DNA from: Dehalococcoidia bacterium
GTDB taxonomy: Bacteria > Chloroflexota > Dehalococcoidia > UBA2979
NCBI GenBank assembly: GCA_963667465.2
Contig: CAXXDN010000002.1
Span: 1,760,001-1,824,000 of the forward strand
Length of the DNA: 64,000 bases
Direction: 5' to 3'
Shown piece by piece: positions 9,231 to 17,009 of the stretch (within the stretch, counting starts at the first letter, position 1; every line of letters starts with the position of its first letter). The position numbers and the translations under genes were made by a program. Under the pieces are notes generated by a model. The model worked only from the letters and a program-made list of their open reading frames with translations, had not been told where the DNA came from and did not search any database.

Positions 9231-9694
9231 CACGAGCCGCCCTTCGCCAGGGACCGGAGCCCCCGCAGGCTGCGCCGCGAGACGGCCTTGCCGGGGTGCC
9301 AGCGCATCCCGAGGACTGCCAGCACCTCCAGCGCCCCGCCGGGGTGCGGTGCGAGCACAGCCGCCCGCCCTGTGGCCGCGCTGTAGACGACCGCCTCGCG
9401 CCCCGCGAAGCGCCTGCGCGCGACGTCGAGCCACTCGGCGTACGCCCAGCGCGCCTCCTGCTCCGTGGCCCCTTTCAGGTCTGCGCCAGCGAGGAGTGCG
9501 AGCGCCCCGTCGAGGTCGCCGACCCGGCGGAGCCGCCGCGCCTCGTGGACGCTGCGGGCGATGCTCCGCTCGGGCTCCGGGACCGCTCCGAGGAGCGCCT
9601 CGAAGACCCGGTCCACCAGCTCTTCGAGAGTTCGGCCGGGGCGGTCTCCCGCCGCGGTCGCGCCTGTGCTGATCGTCGTCGTTGCCATCGTCAT
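9230..9694 (-). CDS. Hypothetical protein
   Basis: Translationally coupled to the primase; start set at ATG 9694 downstream of AAGGGGG. Confidence 0.65.
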   Translation of the reverse strand: MTMATTTISTGATAAGDRPGRTLEELVDRVFEALLGAVPEPERSIARSVHEARRLRRVGDLDGALALLAGADLKGATEQEARWAYAEWLDVARRRFAGREAVVYSAATGRAAVLAPHPGGALEVLAVLGMRWHPGKAVSRRSLRGLRSLAKGGS

Positions 9695-9817
9695 GACCGT
9701 CCCCCTTGTGGTGGTCTCGTTGCTAGTGTTGTGCGCCCTCGTGAGCACGAAGAGGGGCCGTCTCCGGAGAGACGGCCCCATGGCTGGGTGGATGCGGTGG
9801 GGCGAAGCCCCGGGTCC

Positions 9818-10321
9818 TCAGCGCCGGACCACCCTTCGTCGCTGGCGGCTCGCGAGGAGCCGTGCGACGAGGAGCGTTCCGATGCCGAGGCCGGCCGCGT
9901 TGAGCACGGCCAGTTCACCGCCGTGACCGAGCAGCAGCGGCGCCGCGAGCAGCGCCACCAAGCCGACGACCACCGCGGGCTTCCGGCCTCGCCGCCTCGG
10001 GCGAACCGGGGTGGCCTCGCCCACCGGCTCGTAGGCCGTCCAGATGGGCAGCCCGATGGCGCCCTCGAGCGCGGTGACGGCGTGGGCGCGCGTGCAGCCG
10101 CCGGTGTGGCAGCGCACGTCGATGCCGTTGCCGTCGGGCCGCTGCCGGAACGCCAGACCGTCCGACGCGCCGCCGTGGCAGATGGCGGTGGTCGTCCAGA
10201 ACCAGCCCCGCTCGAAGCTCACCCGCGTCGGGATGAGGTTCGCGATGCGACCAGCGCTCGGTCCCGTGTACTGCTGGGCCACGGCTCGCATCTCCATGGC
10301 GTCCCTCTGCTCTGTGTTCAT
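9818..10321 (-). CDS. Hypothetical protein with putative zinc-binding N-terminus and C-terminal hydrophobic helices
   Basis: RBS ACGAAGGAGG; CHGG...CHTGGC; two hydrophobic stretches after a basic patch. Confidence 0.7.
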   Translation of the reverse strand: MNTEQRDAMEMRAVAQQYTGPSAGRIANLIPTRVSFERGWFWTTTAICHGGASDGLAFRQRPDGNGIDVRCHTGGCTRAHAVTALEGAIGLPIWTAYEPVGEATPVRPRRRGRKPAVVVGLVALLAAPLLLGHGGELAVLNAAGLGIGTLLVARLLASRQRRRVVRR

Positions 10322-11020
10322 GTCTCGTGACCTCCTTCGTCACTGCTGCGTTGCTGGTGACCCGTGCCGGCATCCGTGGCTCGGGTCATGGCTCGATTGG
10401 CGTTGGACACACTCCGCCCACGGTCGGATGCCGGACCGGGGAACGGGGTGGTTTGGCCGCGCATGCGAAGCGGCCGGCCTGCGAGTCAGTCGCGGGCCGG
10501 CACGGTGCAAGGGCGGCGGGCGTGGGGAACGGGCCGAGCGCAGGACGCACTCCGCCCAGGGACTCCGGGGTCGAGTGCGGAACGCAACTCGCCCGCGGTC
10601 TCCCGGTGTTCGAGGCAGCGTCGGGGGAGCAGCGCTCGACCCTTCAACTGCCTCCCGCTGCGGGAAGGCGGATGTCCCTCACTGGACCGCCGTCAGGAGA
10701 GCAGAGCTCCATCCGTCAGAGCGTTCCGGGTCCGGGATGGACCCTCCAGGTTTCTACGGCAGGAAACGCTGGCAAAGCCGGAAACTGCTTGGCAGTGTCG
10801 CCGAACGCCCGCCCCCAATGGAAGGGGTTTCGGGCCCTCCGGCCCAAAGTGATCACTCCGGTTCAACAGGAGTGCGACAACTCTTCGACTGGGGCCGCCC
10901 CGGGCTACTTCCAGCGGAGGTCTGGGCGAAGATGGGCGTACCTAGCACGGCACGCACGCCAAGCTGTGCGGTGCCGACATTAGCGTCGCAACGGCCGAGA
11001 GTGGGACGATGCCACGTACG

Positions 11021-11827
11021 ATGAATGACCCTCACGTCGACGCGCTGGTTTTCAGAATCGAGCATCGCCCTGCCCTGGCCTACAGCGACGATGCGCCGTC
11101 CATTGATCGCGAAGAGCCGGGGTTCCGGGTGACACTCAAGGACGGAACCGTTCGCTTCGAACTCAAGGAGCACTTCTCGACCAAGGAAGAAGCGCGGGAG
11201 AGGGTTGGCCCGTACGTTCGCAACTGGGAGATGGACGCGGGCCTCAATGGACGACCAGGCGACTTTCGCCTGGAATTTCAGGAAGCAGAGGTCATCGACC
11301 GAAGCCCTCCGCGACCGACTCCGGGGACCGTAAGAGTCCCGGCGTCCGGCATCGCCTTCCATTTCACCATCGGGAGCCCGGAGGTAACTCTCACGCGGCC
11401 CGCCTATCCCTCGCCACCAGCGGGCGTGACTCTTAAGGCGAACGACCCGGATGTCGCGACTATGTATGGTCGGCTGTCCGGCTACTACGAAGGCCGCGAG
11501 CCCCTGCCAGGCGTGGCCTACTTCTGTTTCACCATGCTCAAGTACCTGTCATCGAAGCACGGGCGCGGAGGTCAGCGAGCACGCGCTGCCGCTTACCACT
11601 ACATCAGCGATGCAGCTCTCAAAGAGATTGAGAAGCTCTCGTCCACCAAAGGAGGAGCAGGCTCGGCACGCAAGGCTGACGGCGTGGGTACCGACCTCTC
11701 GCGCAAGGAGGCGCTGTTCCTCGAAGCGGCGGTCAAGATGATCATCCGCAGGGCTGCCGAGGTAGCCCAAGACCCCGGCGCAGCCCTCCCGCTGATCACG
11801 CTCGCGGACCTTCCCGACCGCTCCTGA
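11021..11827 (+). CDS. Hypothetical protein (cargo)
   Basis: About 268 aa with globular composition; isolated plus-strand gene converging on the next gene. Confidence 0.75.
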   Translation: MNDPHVDALVFRIEHRPALAYSDDAPSIDREEPGFRVTLKDGTVRFELKEHFSTKEEARERVGPYVRNWEMDAGLNGRPGDFRLEFQEAEVIDRSPPRPTPGTVRVPASGIAFHFTIGSPEVTLTRPAYPSPPAGVTLKANDPDVATMYGRLSGYYEGREPLPGVAYFCFTMLKYLSSKHGRGGQRARAAAYHYISDAALKEIEKLSSTKGGAGSARKADGVGTDLSRKEALFLEAAVKMIIRRAAEVAQDPGAALPLITLADLPDRS

Positions 11828-11852
11828 CCGGGGCCCGAGTACTGCGGCTCGG

Positions 11853-12611
11853 CTACTTCCACCACAACCCGAGGGTGAGCACGCGCCGCACCCAGCGCAG
11901 CAGTACGGCTCGCCTGCGCGCCCCCCTCAGGTCCGCCAGCGACCGCTCTAGCGCCCACACTTCGTCGCGACGGTCGAAGCGGTCCCAGGGGTACGAGGCC
12001 GGTGGCAGCGTCAGCTCGTGGTCCCTGATGAGCACGACCTCCAGTTCCCACAGGCGCCGCTCGGCATCCAGTCTGTCCAACCGGTGCGTGGCCTCGCGGT
12101 ACTCGCTCCGCGTCTGCCGCCACGCCACGATGGTCGGCGTCGCCTCGCCGTAGACGAGCTCCTCGCCGGGCTCTGGTTCCGGGGTGATGAGCTGGGGGTA
12201 GGGCCTCCACGGCCGGCCTGCTGCCGGCTCCTCCACGGAGGGCGCAGCCACGGTGGTGCGCTCGTCTCTGACGGGAGGTGGCGGCGCTGCTCGGGTCGCC
12301 CGCAGCTCGCCGGCCAGTTCCTCCACGCGGGCCTCGAGGTGTTCGAGCCTCTGGGCCAGACCGCCGGCTTCCTCATCCCTCGGGCTCGCAGTGGCGCTCT
12401 CTTCGGACAGCCGACGCAGTTCGAGGGCGGCGTGCACGCGCGCGGTGAGCCGGCCCGACGCCATGGTCCGCTGCAGGGTGCGGGCGCTCACGCCCAGCAA
12501 CTCCGCCGTCTCCGGCAGGCCACCGGCCTGAATCAGCTCGCGCAGCAGCGTCAGGAGCTGCGCGTCGTCCGTGCGTTCCCGCTCTTCGCCGTCTGAGGTC
12601 TGCCCGTTCAT
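11853..12611 (-). CDS. HTH and coiled-coil protein
   Basis: LPETAELLGVSARTLQR (HTH), LAQRLEHLEARVEELAGELR (coiled coil); divergent from the conjugation operon. Confidence 0.7.
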   Translation of the reverse strand: MNGQTSDGEERERTDDAQLLTLLRELIQAGGLPETAELLGVSARTLQRTMASGRLTARVHAALELRRLSEESATASPRDEEAGGLAQRLEHLEARVEELAGELRATRAAPPPPVRDERTTVAAPSVEEPAAGRPWRPYPQLITPEPEPGEELVYGEATPTIVAWRQTRSEYREATHRLDRLDAERRLWELEVVLIRDHELTLPPASYPWDRFDRRDEVWALERSLADLRGARRRAVLLRWVRRVLTLGLWWK

Positions 12612-12823
12612 GCCGTCCAACCGGGGTGACAGCCTGTCGCTACCCGTGGAACAGGCACTACTGTCCAGGTGTTCACTGGATACCGCCTGTAGGGGCGCGC
12701 TTCCGTTGGTCTGCCTTGGTTCTCTGGACTGACGACAACCTGTCACCAACGTCGATTCCCTGTACAGCCCAATGACATCACGGGCGCCCCGATCGGGGTG
12801 AGGTCCCCGAAGGGACTGCACCG

Positions 12824-12872
12824 ATGAAGTCCCCTGCGGGGGACTCCGCTACGGGCACCGGCCTTCCACACT
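12824..12872 (+). promoter_or_regulatory. Shared palindromic motif with downstream -10-like CACACT, upstream of the conjugation operon
   Basis: ATGAAGTCCCCTGCGGGGGACTCCGC matches 38026..38051 at 24/26 positions. Confidence 0.65.
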
Positions 12873-12915
12873 CCGCAACCCGCGAAACACACATGCGCCG
12901 GGTACGGAGGCGTCC

Positions 12916-13533
12916 ATGAGACGGCAGTGGAGCATCGGAGCCGGTAGGGGAAGGCGGCTGAGGACGCTGGCGGCGACGCTGCTGTTGGCTGCGCTCGCGG
13001 CCATCCCCTCAAGCGGCACCGCCCTCGCCCAGGAGCCGCCCGTCGGCGCCATCGTGTTCGTCAACGAGAACGACGAGGACCTCGTCGAGCGCAAGGACGA
13101 TGGGCGCTTCATCGCCCGCCCTGTCTTCGACCGCGCGGTCCCGCTCCTCTACTACGGCGTGCGCCACGGCGACACGGGCGAGTGGCTCAGCGCCGTGTTC
13201 CGCGTGCGCGACGGCGGCAAGGACCGGCGCGACGGACGCGAGTACTCCTTCGAGTACCCCTTCGAGGACAGCCAGCCCGAGCTCGACCCGGAGCGCCCTT
13301 ACCTGCTCGTGATGCTCGCGGGTGAGTTGGCGGAGTCGCCACAGCCCTTCTACGCCGTGATCCCACCGCACCAGCCCGGTGGCCTCTGGAACCGGGTCCT
13401 CGGCGCGCTCGAACCCGAGCGCTGGGGCAAGGCCGCCGCCCGCTGGATCATCGAGGGGGCGCACGGAACGCTCTGCGGCGTCGTGGAGCGCGCAGCCGGC
13501 GACGACGCCGAGACCTGCGAGGCCACCCCGTGA
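12916..13533 (+). CDS. Secreted protein, first gene of the conjugation operon
   Basis: Signal peptide ending ALA-QE; GGAGG RBS; stop overlaps the next start. Confidence 0.75.
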   Translation: MRRQWSIGAGRGRRLRTLAATLLLAALAAIPSSGTALAQEPPVGAIVFVNENDEDLVERKDDGRFIARPVFDRAVPLLYYGVRHGDTGEWLSAVFRVRDGGKDRRDGREYSFEYPFEDSQPELDPERPYLLVMLAGELAESPQPFYAVIPPHQPGGLWNRVLGALEPERWGKAAARWIIEGAHGTLCGVVERAAGDDAETCEATP

Positions 13534-14501
13534 GCGACATCTTCACGGGCACCCCGCCCGGCCTCACCTACGACCACGAGATCGTCCGCCAGGCGTGGAC
13601 CGCGGTCTGGATCATCACCTCCGGCGCGCTGGTGGTGATCATCGGCTGGATGGGGCTGAGCCTCATCGTGGGCGACCACCTCGGCCGCGCACAGGCGGGC
13701 TGGCGCGAGCTGGTCCCGCGCCTCGGGCTGGGGCTCGTGGCCGCTGCCGCTTCGCTCTGGTGGTGCGCGCTCGTGATCGACCTGGCCGACGCCGTGTCAG
13801 GGTTCGTGGCCGCCGAGCTGGGCGTCACAGCGGGCGACATGCTGCGCTCGACGCTGCGCACCCTCCTCACCGCTGTCGCGGCGGGCAGTGTGGGCATGGC
13901 CCTGTTGCTGGCGCTGCTCTACCTCGTCTACGGCTTCTTCGTGCTCTACCTCGTGGTGCAGATGGTGCTGCGCCTCGCGCTGATCGACATCCTGCTGGCG
14001 CTCGCGCCGATCGCCCTCGGGCTCTGGATCCTCCCGCACACGGCGGGCTGGGGGCGGCACTGGCTGCGGCTCTTCATGACGACCGTCTTCCAGCAGGCAA
14101 TCCAGTTGATCGCGCTGGCGCTGGGCATCGGCTTCCTCAACGAGTTCGCGGCGATCGGCGCCGGCGAGCCCGTACAGGAGCTGGTCTGGAAGCTGCTGAT
14201 GTCGCTCGCCTTCATCTACCTGGCGACGCGGGTGCCGTCGATGCTCGGCAACACCGGGACCTTCGACGCCTGGCTGCACACCCTCTACTTCGGCATGTCC
14301 CTGCCCGGCTCGATGGCCCGCTCGGCGCGCTCGCTCGCGCTGATCGGCGGCGGCGCGGCGGGTGGTCCGGTGGGTGCGGCAGTGGCCGCCGGGGGCGCGG
14401 GCGGAGCGGCCTCGGCGGCCACCACGGCCGTGCGCTCGGCGGCTGATATGGCAACCCCCTCTTCGGGCGGCGGTGGCGCGCCCAGGAGCAGCAGCGAATA
14501 G
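13530..14501 (+). CDS. TrbL/VirB6-like polytopic membrane protein
   Basis: Multiple TM helices, RLALIDILLALAPIALGLWILPHT..W..W, Gly/Ala-rich tail. Confidence 0.85.
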   Translation: MSDIFTGTPPGLTYDHEIVRQAWTAVWIITSGALVVIIGWMGLSLIVGDHLGRAQAGWRELVPRLGLGLVAAAASLWWCALVIDLADAVSGFVAAELGVTAGDMLRSTLRTLLTAVAAGSVGMALLLALLYLVYGFFVLYLVVQMVLRLALIDILLALAPIALGLWILPHTAGWGRHWLRLFMTTVFQQAIQLIALALGIGFLNEFAAIGAGEPVQELVWKLLMSLAFIYLATRVPSMLGNTGTFDAWLHTLYFGMSLPGSMARSARSLALIGGGAAGGPVGAAVAAGGAGGAASAATTAVRSAADMATPSSGGGGAPRSSSE

Positions 14502-14645
14502 CGACGACGACAACCGCAACCACGCGGCGCGGACTCTTCGCGCCGATCGAGACGCAAATGGAGGTGGGCGATGTGCCGGTAGGCGAACGAGCAGCAGCAC
14601 CGAGACACGAACGAGAACACGCAAATGCGAGAGGAGCGAGTACAG

Positions 14646-14939
14646 GTGGAAGACCTGACTCAGACCATCTCCAACCTGGTGGGCATCCTGCTCGGAGTCG
14701 TCGGCGCGATCGGCGTCGGCTTCTTCATCTACGGGTCCTACCTCTACCTCACCGCCTCGGGCGCGCCGCACCAGATGGAGCGGGGCAAGAGCGCGATGAT
14801 GACCGCACTCGCCGGCATCGTCCTGGCCATGGTGGCCTTCGGCGTCGTCGAACTGGTGATGGACGCCGTCGTCAACCCCGTCGTGGACGTCGACGTCCCC
14901 GAGCCCGAGGGCTCGACCACGACCACGGACGGGGCCTAG
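14646..14939 (+). CDS. TrbC/VirB2-like pilin
   Basis: Two TM helices around IYGSYLYLTASG...ERGKSAMMTALAGIVL; GTG start after GAGGAG. Confidence 0.85.
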   Translation: MEDLTQTISNLVGILLGVVGAIGVGFFIYGSYLYLTASGAPHQMERGKSAMMTALAGIVLAMVAFGVVELVMDAVVNPVVDVDVPEPEGSTTTTDGA

Positions 14940-14942
14940 GCC

Positions 14943-16676
14943 ATGAGAGAACACGAGGTTCCCACCCACGTGCAGGCCGAGGACCGTGTCCTGCTGTGGT
15001 TCACGTTTCCCCAGATCGTGGCGATGACGGCGGTCTGCGCCCTCGCCTACGGCGTCTACCGTTACGCCCCGCTCGGTGCCTCCGAGGTGCGCATTGCCGC
15101 GGCCGTGCTCTTCGGGCTGGCGGGGCTGGCCGTGATCGCGGGGCGCGTCGGAGGCAGGCGGTTGCCGCTCGTGGCGGCCGACCTGCTGCGGTTCGGGCTG
15201 GGGGCACGGCGCTACGCCGGGCCTCCGGCCCAGCTCGTGCGGAGCGAGCCGCCCGCACCGGCGCAGCCCGCGTCCAGCGGCTCCAGGCCACGACGGCTGA
15301 TGGCGCGTCGCATGAGGCGCGTCGTGCGGCGCCGGTCGCGGAGGCGGAAGGAGGGTGAGCGCCGCAACGGGCGGATGCCCTTTCGTCCGCATCGACTCTT
15401 CGGGAAGCGCCGCCGGCAGGGCGTCGAGGAGCCGGCGGAAGCGCAACGGGCGGCGACGGAGGCGCGTGGCAAGCGGCGTCTCGGGCGCTGGCGCGTGCTC
15501 CCGGCGGTCGCCGTCCTTGCCGTCGCCTTCGCCGCCACGCCGCTGCTCCCGGCGCTGGCCCAGGACCCCGGCGAGGAGGGCTGGTTCTCGGAGGAGATCG
15601 AGTTCCAACCCCCACCCGTCGTGCCGGGACGGCGGCTCTTCGTCGAGGGGCTCACGGTCAGGAGCGAACAGGCCGCAGTCACGCTGCGGGCCGCCACGGA
15701 CCTGGACCTGACGGTGCGGGTCTACGGCGGTCCGGACGGACGGGCGCTCCGCTTCTTCGGCACGGCCGCCCTCGAGCAGGGCGCGCGCACCGAGTACGAC
15801 CTGCCGCTGCACGGCCCTTCGCCCTCGCTCGTCTTCTCGTGGGAGGACGAACTGGGGCAGGCCGGGGCCGTCAGCCTCGGTGGCGAGCGGCTCCCGTATC
15901 CGCTGCCCGCGGTGACGGGCGAGCTGTGCGCGCTGCGCGTCGTCTCGCTCGGCTGGAGCGCGGGGGCCATCGAGGGGGCGATCACCTCGGAGTGCGTGAG
16001 CACCACCGAGGAAGTGGTTGCGCTCCAGACGGTCGCCGGTCACGCCGACGTAACCATGACGGCCCTGCTGGAAGGCGGGGTCCTTGCTGTCACCGGGACC
16101 GTCATGGTCGCGTCCGGCGCGTCGGAAACGACTGTTGCCTTGGTCGCCGGCGGCGAGACCCGCTTCCGGCTCCCGGTCGCGGCGGGCGAGGCCGTCCACG
16201 CGCTCGCCATCGAGGCGGACCTGGAGGCGTCGCTGCGGATCGCCCTGCCGCCGCTGGTGGAGCTCACGCACCACCCGCGGCGCGTCGAGCAGCTCACGGA
16301 GACGGCGGAGGTCGGTATCCCCGCCTTCGGCGACACCGTGACGGAGACGTTCACGGTCCCAGCCGAGGACGGCACCTTCACGGAGCACACCGTGACGGCC
16401 GATTGCTACTCCCCCGCGTCGACCGTCCGTCAGGACGTCGTCTTCAGCGTCGTCCACGAGGAGCGCGTCGAGGCCGAGGTGATGGCGCGGCTGCCGCTCG
16501 CCCGCAGCCGGGCGGAGTCGCTTGCCCTGGCGCTCAGCGTCGGGGCGGACGACCCGTACGCCGCCCTCGTCCTGCCGGAGCCCGAACCCGAGCCGGACCC
16601 GCCCACGCAGACGCCCGTCACGGGCGACGAGCTGAGCGACTGGTTCGAGCAGCTCGGCTGGGAGTGGGTCTGGTGA
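14943..16676 (+). CDS. PrgI/VirB3-like protein fused to a long beta-rich extracytoplasmic region
   Basis: N-terminal HEVPTHVQAEDRVLLWFTFPQI plus 2 TM, Arg-rich linker, internal signal-like helix ending ALA-QD. Confidence 0.75.
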   Translation: MREHEVPTHVQAEDRVLLWFTFPQIVAMTAVCALAYGVYRYAPLGASEVRIAAAVLFGLAGLAVIAGRVGGRRLPLVAADLLRFGLGARRYAGPPAQLVRSEPPAPAQPASSGSRPRRLMARRMRRVVRRRSRRRKEGERRNGRMPFRPHRLFGKRRRQGVEEPAEAQRAATEARGKRRLGRWRVLPAVAVLAVAFAATPLLPALAQDPGEEGWFSEEIEFQPPPVVPGRRLFVEGLTVRSEQAAVTLRAATDLDLTVRVYGGPDGRALRFFGTAALEQGARTEYDLPLHGPSPSLVFSWEDELGQAGAVSLGGERLPYPLPAVTGELCALRVVSLGWSAGAIEGAITSECVSTTEEVVALQTVAGHADVTMTALLEGGVLAVTGTVMVASGASETTVALVAGGETRFRLPVAAGEAVHALAIEADLEASLRIALPPLVELTHHPRRVEQLTETAEVGIPAFGDTVTETFTVPAEDGTFTEHTVTADCYSPASTVRQDVVFSVVHEERVEAEVMARLPLARSRAESLALALSVGADDPYAALVLPEPEPEPDPPTQTPVTGDELSDWFEQLGWEWVW

Positions 16677-16990
16677 GGCGGCTCACGACCGCCCTGCTAC
16701 TCGGCGGGGTCGCGCTGGTCACGACCGGCGCGGCCCCGGCCGAGGAGCGGGCCATGCTCGACGCCTTCGATGAGGCGCTGACGGCGCTGGCCTACGCCGC
16801 CGCCGGGGTCTGCGTCTTCGCCATCGTCTGGGCGGGCGTCCTGCTCATGGCCGACGGCGCCGACGAGCGCGGCGGCGGACGCGCAAAGAGCGCCGTCTTC
16901 CTGGCGGTGGCCGGGCTCGTGCTCGTGCTCTCGGCCAAGGGCGTGGCCGCGCTACTGCGCGCAGGCGTCGTCCCCATCCCCGTCCCCTGA
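16673..16990 (+). CDS. Second pilin-like membrane protein
   Basis: GTG overlaps the upstream stop; AIVWAGVLLM...RAKSAVFLAVAGLVLVL pilin-like hairpin; 3' end of track ORF 15839..16990. Confidence 0.7.
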   Translation: MRRLTTALLLGGVALVTTGAAPAEERAMLDAFDEALTALAYAAAGVCVFAIVWAGVLLMADGADERGGGRAKSAVFLAVAGLVLVLSAKGVAALLRAGVVPIPVP

Positions 16991-17009
16991 CACCAAGGAG
17001 CACATCCCG

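Noticed and set aside
13797-16457. 886-aa antisense ORF and other long overlapping ORFs (e.g. 1514..3724, 42182..44011, 61357..63279)
   Set aside because: Shadow frames of high-GC genes; Arg/Gly/Pro-rich with no motifs.
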